Shown: positions 57,562 through 64,000 of the stretch, one piece after another
Layout: each line of letters opens with the position of its first letter
How positions within the stretch are numbered: the first letter of the stretch is position 1
NCBI GenBank assembly: GCA_905478465.1
Contig: CAJQIN010000002.1
Span: 88,312-152,311 of the forward strand
Reading direction: 5' to 3'
DNA length: 64,000 bases
Source of the DNA: Minisyncoccota bacterium
GTDB taxonomy: Bacteria; Patescibacteriota; Minisyncoccia; Phycocordibacterales; CAJQIN01
Notes under the pieces: model-generated
Database searches by the model: none
What the model saw: the letters and a program-made list of their open reading frames with translations, nothing else
Told to the model about the DNA's origin: nothing
Program-made: the position numbers and the translations under genes

Positions 57562-59935
57562 AAAAATACAAAAAAAGAAATTAATACTACTCGATGCATA
57601 TGCCATCATTCATCGTGCATATCATGCATTACCTGACTTCTCTTCTTCTCGCACAGGGGAGCCAACAGGAGCACTATACGGACTCTCTGCCATGCTCATT
57701 AAGATAGTTACTGATTTAAAGCCAGATTACATTGTGTCTTGTTTTGATTTGCATATGCCTACATATCGACATGAAGTTTTCAAAGACTATAAGGCTAATA
57801 GAAAAGAAAAAGATGAAGACTTATCAAAACAAATAGACAGGTCTCGAGATTTGTTCGAAGCATTTAATATACCTATTTTTCAAGCAGAAGGATTTGAGGC
57901 TGATGACATTTTAGGAACAATTGTTGAACAAACAAAAGATGATGCTGAGATTGAAATTATTATTGCCTCAGGTGACATGGACACATTGCAACTTGTTTCA
58001 GGAAAAAAGGTACAAGTATTCACTTTGAAAAAGGGTATTAATGACACTGTGACATACGACGAGAAAGCAGTGAAAGAGCGTTTTGGTTTTGGTCCAGAAC
58101 TCATTCCAGATTATAAAGGTCTTCGAGGTGATCCTTCTGATAACATCCCAGGTATTCCGGGTGTGGGAGAAAAAACAGCCACAACACTCATTACTGAATT
58201 TGGGGGTATAGAGGATATATACAAAAAACTAGCAAAAAATCCTGAAGAATTTGAGGGTCGGGGTATAAAAAAACGAATAGTAGGTCTCCTAGAAAAACAC
58301 CAAGAAGACGCAGAGTTTTCAAAAATGCTAGCCACTATTCGACTCGATGCTCCTATTACATTTACCCTGGAGAAAAAGAACTGGCAAGATGGATTGGATA
58401 TGCAAAAGATTGTTGAATTGTTTCGAGAGCTTGGATTCAAAACACTAACCACTCGAGTACAAGAAGCTTTTGGTGTAGAAAAAGAATTAGTTGAAGAAGA
58501 GGAGGCTTCAAAGGAAATTGTTCCTGAGAAAGAATTAAAAGAAGTTAGTATTGCATTGTGGTTATTGGACTCAAATAATACTAATGCAACTCTTGATGAA
58601 ATTTTGTCATACACCAAAGAGAGAATGTTTGCTGATGCAAAGAAGAAAATATACAGTGAATTAAAAAAACAAAAACTCGAAAAATTATTTGAGGATATGG
58701 AAAAACCTTTAATACCAATTATTAACCAAATGAACATGAGGGGGATTGAGGTTGATACTGTTTATTTAAAAAAACTTTCTGATACGTATCATATTGAGTT
58801 AGAAAAACTACAAACAAAGATTTGGAAGGAAGCCGGGGAGGAATTTAATATCAACTCACCTAAACAAATGGGAGAAGTGTTGTTTGACCATATGGAACTC
58901 TCTGCCAAGAATCAAAAGAAGACAGCGGGAGGTGCTCGATCTACCAAGGAGTCGGAGCTTGAAAAGATGCGAGATACACACCCTATCATTGGACACATTC
59001 TTGAATACCGAGAATTACAAAAACTCCTTTCTACATATATAGATAATATTCCTCACATGCTTGAAGACGGAAGATTGCACGCTACTTTTTTGCAATCTGG
59101 AACAACCACGGGACGTATGGCAAGTCAGAATCCTAATCTTCAAAATATTCCGATTAAAACAGAACTAGGAAGAAATATTCGGAACTCTTTTGTGCCATCA
59201 AAAGGCTATGTCCTTGCTGCTCTTGATTACTCCCAAGTTGAACTTCGGGTAGCGGCTATTCTCTCTGAAGATGAAAAACTTTTACAGATCTTCAAAAACG
59301 GAGAAGATGTTCACACCTCAGTAGCTTCATATGTTTTTGATATTCCCAAAGAAGATGTAACAAAAGAGATGCGTAGACGAGCCAAAGTTATTAACTTTGG
59401 AATACTCTATGGAATGGGAGTAAACGCTCTAAGGGTGAATTTAGGAACTGATAGAAAAGAAGCACAAGAATTTTATAATGCATACTTCGAACGATTCACG
59501 GGACTTGCTGCATATCTCGAGGGAGTGAAGCAGGATGCAACACGCACAGGGTACACAGAAACGCTCTTTGGGCGACGAAGATACTTTGCAGGACTCAAGT
59601 CTCCACTTCCTTGGATACGCGCACAAGCAGAGCGTATGGCTATCAATGCCCCTATTCAAGGAACAGCAACAGCTGATATTGTGAAGGTTGCTATGGTACG
59701 CATCGCGGAGTTTTTGAAAAAAGAAAAACTACAAAAAGATGTACACCTTTTACTTCAGGTACATGATGAACTTGTCTTTGAGATTAAAAAAGAAAAGGTA
59801 GATGAAATTGTTCCAAAAATACAAAAAATTATGGAATCTGTATTAACCAAAGAACAATCAAAAGGAATACCTATTGTGGCAAATGCAGAAGTAGGGGAGA
59901 ATTGGGGAACGATGAAAGAGGTAGGTATTAAATAA
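57554..59935 (+). CDS. polA: DNA polymerase I (5'-3' exonuclease plus polymerase; 3'-5' domain reduced)
   Basis: EADD, GDPSDNIPG, TGR..S.NPNLQNIP, DYSQVELR, K.INFGILYG, QVHDEL. Confidence 0.97.
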   Translation: MNKKIQKKKLILLDAYAIIHRAYHALPDFSSSRTGEPTGALYGLSAMLIKIVTDLKPDYIVSCFDLHMPTYRHEVFKDYKANRKEKDEDLSKQIDRSRDLFEAFNIPIFQAEGFEADDILGTIVEQTKDDAEIEIIIASGDMDTLQLVSGKKVQVFTLKKGINDTVTYDEKAVKERFGFGPELIPDYKGLRGDPSDNIPGIPGVGEKTATTLITEFGGIEDIYKKLAKNPEEFEGRGIKKRIVGLLEKHQEDAEFSKMLATIRLDAPITFTLEKKNWQDGLDMQKIVELFRELGFKTLTTRVQEAFGVEKELVEEEEASKEIVPEKELKEVSIALWLLDSNNTNATLDEILSYTKERMFADAKKKIYSELKKQKLEKLFEDMEKPLIPIINQMNMRGIEVDTVYLKKLSDTYHIELEKLQTKIWKEAGEEFNINSPKQMGEVLFDHMELSAKNQKKTAGGARSTKESELEKMRDTHPIIGHILEYRELQKLLSTYIDNIPHMLEDGRLHATFLQSGTTTGRMASQNPNLQNIPIKTELGRNIRNSFVPSKGYVLAALDYSQVELRVAAILSEDEKLLQIFKNGEDVHTSVASYVFDIPKEDVTKEMRRRAKVINFGILYGMGVNALRVNLGTDRKEAQEFYNAYFERFTGLAAYLEGVKQDATRTGYTETLFGRRRYFAGLKSPLPWIRAQAERMAINAPIQGTATADIVKVAMVRIAEFLKKEKLQKDVHLLLQVHDELVFEIKKEKVDEIVPKIQKIMESVLTKEQSKGIPIVANAEVGENWGTMKEVGIK

Positions 59936-59940
59936 TTATT

Positions 59941-60633
59941 ATGATTTATTTTTTCTACAATACGCCAAAAGAAAAAGTACACACTCTCGTGCAGGGTTTG
60001 TTGAAGCGAAAACCAGATGCTATGTATTTTCGTTTTGATGAAGATACTTTTGATGGAGAATTCTTGAAAGGATTATTTGAAAGTCAGGGACTTTTTGAAG
60101 CACACCATATCGTGTATTTAGACGAATTATATACAACTGGAACTTTTTCAATGTTTCTAAAAGAAATGCAAAAATCTGAAAATATTTTTGTGGTGTACGA
60201 AAGAGATTTATTGGCAAAAGATCTAAAGCAGATTGAGGGGTGTAGTGAGAAGGTGGTAAAAGAAGAGAAAGTAAAAAAAAAGTCTCTAGGAGTGAAGGAG
60301 AATCCATTTGCCCTTACCGAAGCCTTGGGGAAGAGGGATAAGAAAAAGGCTTGGATATTGTATCAAGATGCCCTCATCTCCGGCAAAGCTCCAGAAGAGA
60401 TACAAGGTCTTTTGTTCTGGCAGGTAAAGTCTATGGTATTAGCTAGCAGGGCAAAAAATGCCACAGATACAGGACTAAAACCTTTTGTATATACAAAAGC
60501 CAAGGGATTTGCGAAGAATTACACACAAGATGAGCTAATAAAGATGTCGGCGGAGCTTGTGCATATTAGTGATCAAGGAAGAAAAGGTGGAGATGTTGGG
60601 GTTCTGTTAGAAAAGTTCTTACTTACTTTATAA
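59941..60633 (+). CDS. holA: Reduced DNA polymerase III delta (HolA)-like protein
   Basis: QGLF motif; F.L.EALG.RDKK.A, I.G.L.WQ, PFV..KA C-terminal pattern. Confidence 0.65.
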   Translation: MIYFFYNTPKEKVHTLVQGLLKRKPDAMYFRFDEDTFDGEFLKGLFESQGLFEAHHIVYLDELYTTGTFSMFLKEMQKSENIFVVYERDLLAKDLKQIEGCSEKVVKEEKVKKKSLGVKENPFALTEALGKRDKKKAWILYQDALISGKAPEEIQGLLFWQVKSMVLASRAKNATDTGLKPFVYTKAKGFAKNYTQDELIKMSAELVHISDQGRKGGDVGVLLEKFLLTL

Positions 60634-60637
60634 TACA

Positions 60638-60677
60638 AAAAAATACCCCTATGCACCGAAGTGCATAGGGGTATTTT
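60638..60677. terminator. Bidirectional terminator
   Basis: AAAATACCCCTATGCAC-CGAA-GTGCATAGGGGTATTTT. Confidence 0.9.
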
Positions 60678-60687
60678 AGAACAAGAA

Positions 60688-60825
60688 CTAGGCAGCTGCC
60701 TCGTCTGTTGTTGCTTCAGCAGGAGCAGCCATTTCTGGTGCAGCTTCTGTAGTAGGAGCTTCAGTAGTTACTTCAGGAGTAGTTCCTTCTGTAGACTCTG
60801 GAGTCATGTTTGTGTCTTCGTTCAT
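60688..60825 (-). CDS. Acidic Thr/Ala/Pro/Glu-rich 45-aa microprotein (missing from the ORF track)
   Basis: Manual translation MNEDTNMTPESTEGTTPEVTTEAPTTEAAPEMAAPAEATTDEAAA; TGtTATACT promoter upstream, terminator downstream. Confidence 0.65.
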   Translation of the reverse strand: MNEDTNMTPESTEGTTPEVTTEAPTTEAAPEMAAPAEATTDEAAA

Positions 60826-60948
60826 AGGACAATATGGTTAATTAATAACGAGATATTAGTATAACATATGTGAAAAAGGCTTGCTCAGGTGGGTTTTGTT
60901 TTTATAATTATCAAAAAAATCTCCCACAAAGGAGATTTTTTAAATTTG

Positions 60949-61021
60949 TCCGCCCAGCAGGACTTGAACCTGCGACCATTTGCTTAAAAGGCAACTGCTC
61001 TACCAGCTGAGCTATGGGCGG
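60949..61021 (-). tRNA. tRNA-Lys(TTT)
   Basis: Reverse complement CCGCCCATAGCTCAGCTGGTAGAGC...TTGC-CT-TTT-AA-GCAA...GGTTCAAGTCC. Confidence 0.95.
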
Positions 61022-61104
61022 ATATATCTATTCAAAATAGATAAGACAAAAAATAACATAAAAAAGTGCGTTTGCAAACAGGAGTAATGTGATAATGTAT
61101 TTTT

Positions 61105-61578
61105 ATGAACACACAAAAAACTTTTATCATTCTGCATGATATTCGTAGTGAGCATAATGTAGGCTCTATTTTCCGCACAGCGGACGCTGTCGGTGTGTCA
61201 AAAATATATCTAACAGGATACACTCCTGCACCATTAGATCGTTTTGGAAGAAAGGAAAATACAATTGCAAAAACAGCTCTCGGAGCAGAAGAAAATATTC
61301 CGTGGGAACAAGGAGATGTTTTTGAGGTTATTGAGATGTTAAAAAAACAACACACAGAGATTGTCTCAATTGAACAATCTAAAAGTTCTATTGATTATAA
61401 AAACTATTCCCCAAAAAATGATACAGCTTTTATCTTGGGTGATGAAGTTCGAGGTGTCTCTCCTGATATTTTGGAAAAGTCAGATGTTATTCTTGAGGTG
61501 CCTATGATAGGGAAGAAGGAATCATTGAATGTTTCAGTTACGGCTGGAGTAGTTCTTTTTCGTGTTCTTAATATTTAA
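61105..61578 (+). CDS. TrmH/SpoU-family RNA 2'-O-methyltransferase
   Basis: HNVGSIFRTAD, GDEV.G, PM.G.KESLNVS. Confidence 0.92.
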   Translation: MNTQKTFIILHDIRSEHNVGSIFRTADAVGVSKIYLTGYTPAPLDRFGRKENTIAKTALGAEENIPWEQGDVFEVIEMLKKQHTEIVSIEQSKSSIDYKNYSPKNDTAFILGDEVRGVSPDILEKSDVILEVPMIGKKESLNVSVTAGVVLFRVLNI

Positions 61579-62509
61579 CCTGGTGCACAGGACAGAAGTG
61601 TCCACTTCGTCCACGAATAACTTTTCTTTCAATGATACCTCCATCTTTTTTCGTACACTCATTACCTGTTTTTCTGTATACATTGTGTCTATTTTGAAAG
61701 TCACCAGCTTTTCCATCTATATCTCTATAGTCTGAAGTTGAATCTCCTCCGTATTGTATGGCTTTTTTGAGGATAGGTTTTATATTTTTATATATCACTT
61801 CTAAAACATCATTGGGGATATTTCCAGGAAGACTCTCTGGATGTACTTTTGATTCCCAAAGTATTTCATCTGAATATATATTTCCAATACCAGCAATTAA
61901 AGTGTGGTCCATGAGAACAGACTTAATGGGTGTTTTAGATTTCAGCAGTAATTGTTTTTTAAAAATATTAAAAGTGAATTCTTTCTCAAGAGGCTCTGGT
62001 CCAATATTAAATATTTCATCTGATGTTTCTAGATGTTTAGTTTCAAGAAGGGTTATTTTTGCAAATTTACGCATATCAGAAAGAATCAAATGTTTCCCAT
62101 TAGAGAGAGTAAAGACAAAACGAATATGTCGATTGAATGGATCCCAAAGATATTTTGTCTCTGTCGAATCTGGTTGCCATTCCTCATTTTCCCAAAGCTC
62201 GACTCGGTCTTTCTTTTTTGTTTGTACATATTTTCCATACATTATATGCCCAGTCATTTTCATGTGAATTAGGACGGTATATCCATTTGATAGGTGAATG
62301 AGGATATTTTTATGTCTTCTTTCAGAACCAATTATCTTTGCACCAATTACTTTCTTTTTGAAACTTTTAAAATAATCAGGATTCTTTATCTGGTTTTTGT
62401 AGGGCGCGTAATTTGAAATATAGTTTGTCCAAACATCAGAAATAGAAAGACCTATAACGGTCCTTTTAATTCCTTCTACTGTGGTGTGTACTTCTGGAAG
62501 TTCTGGCAT
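61568..62509 (-). CDS. mutM: Formamidopyrimidine-DNA glycosylase
   Basis: MPELPEV, HMKMTG, D.RKF, GIGNIYSDE, FCP..Q. Confidence 0.95.
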   Translation of the reverse strand: MPELPEVHTTVEGIKRTVIGLSISDVWTNYISNYAPYKNQIKNPDYFKSFKKKVIGAKIIGSERRHKNILIHLSNGYTVLIHMKMTGHIMYGKYVQTKKKDRVELWENEEWQPDSTETKYLWDPFNRHIRFVFTLSNGKHLILSDMRKFAKITLLETKHLETSDEIFNIGPEPLEKEFTFNIFKKQLLLKSKTPIKSVLMDHTLIAGIGNIYSDEILWESKVHPESLPGNIPNDVLEVIYKNIKPILKKAIQYGGDSTSDYRDIDGKAGDFQNRHNVYRKTGNECTKKDGGIIERKVIRGRSGHFCPVHQVKY

Positions 62510-62612
62510 GAAATTACTATAGCGTAAAATAAAAATAGAATATATTGACACACTCTATTTATAATGATATTTTTCGATTAGAAATAGTGTTCAAACATGA
62601 AAGGAACATCGT

Positions 62613-63050
62613 ATGAACAAAAACACAGCCAGGGTGATTATTATATGTGTGTGGGCATTAGCGGCTATTATGTACCTTGGAAGATCTTCCAGGGTTAAAA
62701 ACCAACAACCTGAATCTGCTCAAGAACAGACTCTTCCCGAAGATATTTCTAAGGAGGTTAAGTTTGTAGGTAGTGGTATCACACCCACACTGGATAAGTT
62801 CCTGAATACTTCACCAGGCACCATTATGATGTATGATTTCATTGATGGTGGCTGGGAGAATGGCGGAAAGTTTCTTCTTGTTATTTCGAGTAATGAAGAA
62901 GAGGTAATAGGATTAAATACTCAGGGTAAAAAAATTAGTATTTCCACGAAAAATGTGGCATACATCTATGACCCAAAAATTGTTCCACAAGAGTATTTAT
63001 ATGTTTCCCACACATTCAATGTTCACTTAGCAAAAAGTCTTGCTGAGTAA
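62613..63050 (+). CDS. Membrane-anchored hypothetical orphan protein
   Basis: TTGACA promoter, AAGGA SD, N-terminal TM segment. Confidence 0.6.
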   Translation: MNKNTARVIIICVWALAAIMYLGRSSRVKNQQPESAQEQTLPEDISKEVKFVGSGITPTLDKFLNTSPGTIMMYDFIDGGWENGGKFLLVISSNEEEVIGLNTQGKKISISTKNVAYIYDPKIVPQEYLYVSHTFNVHLAKSLAE

Positions 63051-63105
63051 TAAGTTCTTTCAGAAAACATTTTTAAAAACACCGATATTATGTCGGTGTT
63101 TTTTA

Positions 63106-64000
63106 TTAACCCAATACCTTCTCTAACTCCTCTCTCACAACACTTGCATCATCCCACGGAGTTTTGGTCCCATTTGGTCCCATTATATATGGATCAGTTC
63201 CTTTTCCTGTAATGATAACCACAGAGTCTTTTTTGGCTTTATGAAGGGCTTTGTTTATTGCTTCACGCCTATCAAGAATTACTTCTGGTCTATGATTTTT
63301 TATCACCGTCTTCATTTCAGAAATAATTTTTAAAGGATCTTCGTCATACGGATCTTCATTTGTTAGGATTATTTTGTCACAATAGGTATCTGCAATTTTT
63401 GCCATTTCAGGACGTTTCCATGTATCACGTCCTCCTCCTGTATTTCCTAAGATACAAATAGTTTCTTTTTCTTTAAAAACTTTATACACCTTCTCAAGAG
63501 AATCTGCGGTATGCGCGTAATCAACAATAACAGAGAAATTTTGTTTTCTTTTTAAGGGATGTTCATCAGGAAGCTCTATGTATTCCATTCGCCCGCGAGC
63601 TCCTTGAAACTTTTCAAAAGCTTTTTCTATTATTTCCAAAGAGATACCCTGGCTAATACCATAGGTGAGGGCACCTAGCATGTTATAGATATTAAATTCT
63701 CCCGGGAGTTTGCTTCTAAATGTTTTTCCTTCATAGGTAAACATAGTTCCGTGTTCTGTTGAGGTGTATGGTTCAGCATCTTTTAAAGAGAAGGTGTATT
63801 GGTCACCAATATTTAATGAGGTGAAATGGTGGGATTCTTTGTCGTCTCTATTTACCACAAGGATACGTTTCTTCTTTCTTGAACTTTCAAGGGCTTTTCC
63901 AAGAGCTATTTTAGCAGCTCGATACTTTTCATATGAACCATGTGACTCAATATGCTCTGGAGAGAGGTTGGTGAAGATAAGTCCATCTAAGCTAATGAAC
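63106..64000 (-). CDS. murE: UDP-MurNAc-tripeptide synthetase (5' part outside the window)
   Basis: FTNLSPEHI, GEFNIYN, GRME, VDYAHT, GGGRD..KR, ITGKG. Confidence 0.9.
   Translation of the reverse strand, partial: FISLDGLIFTNLSPEHIESHGSYEKYRAAKIALGKALESSRKKKRILVVNRDDKESHHFTSLNIGDQYTFSLKDAEPYTSTEHGTMFTYEGKTFRSKLPGEFNIYNMLGALTYGISQGISLEIIEKAFEKFQGARGRMEYIELPDEHPLKRKQNFSVIVDYAHTADSLEKVYKVFKEKETICILGNTGGGRDTWKRPEMAKIADTYCDKIILTNEDPYDEDPLKIISEMKTVIKNHRPEVILDRREAINKALHKAKKDSVVIITGKGTDPYIMGPNGTKTPWDDASVVREELEKVLG

Noticed and set aside
403-62272. Many 60-200 aa antisense or alternate-frame ORFs (e.g. 52857-53354, 58111-58737, 61758-62267)
   Set aside because: They are nested opposite well-supported genes, have Ser/Phe-rich shadow composition and lack motifs.
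5436-63104. Recurring AAAAACACC...GGTGTTTTT hairpins (5436, 13924, 17975, 38274, 63075) as a REP/MITE family
   Set aside because: All sit at gene 3' ends with A/T tails and differing loops; ordinary bidirectional terminators explain them.
1-64000. CRISPR array or cas genes
   Set aside because: I found no regularly spaced direct repeats with unique spacers; the parS-like repeats are irregularly spaced palindromes.
1-64000. Alternative genetic code (UGA=Gly, as in Gracilibacteria/Absconditabacteria)
   Set aside because: Core genes are full length under code 11 and TGA is used as a stop, for example in the ATGA overlaps.

Overview
AT-rich bacterial chromosome segment (standard code 11) whose gene content points to a Patescibacteria/CPR (Parcubacteria-like) genome: short YebC, RNHCP protein, a PrgI/VirB4/VirB6-like cluster with T4SS pilin, no SD sequence on most core genes, and tRNAs without encoded CCA. 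The window spans the replication origin (jag-yidC-rnpA-rpmH <> dnaA-oriC-dnaN-dciA-like, DnaA boxes at about 41.5 kb) and carries many housekeeping genes and 5 tRNAs. Main points of interest: (1) a ~5 kb island right after dnaN/dciA, bounded by an 11-bp direct repeat that lies inside recombinase-tail coding sequence and carrying a translationally coupled MazG-like / EVE-like-HNH / DUF262-HEPN-like operon plus two more HEPN-like genes (candidate new anti-phage system); (2) eight parS-like palindromes at 8.0-10.6 kb, five of them inside the CCA-adding enzyme CDS, with DnaA-box clusters nearby; (3) a 368-aa intein in PcrA whose insert looks GIY-YIG-like; (4) two unannotated structured RNAs, one 6S-like; (5) two unannotated acidic microproteins; (6) a 20-nt leader motif shared by hup and pnp; (7) leaderless core genes versus SD-led orphan genes. 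All calls were made by eye from the sequence; no searches were run.
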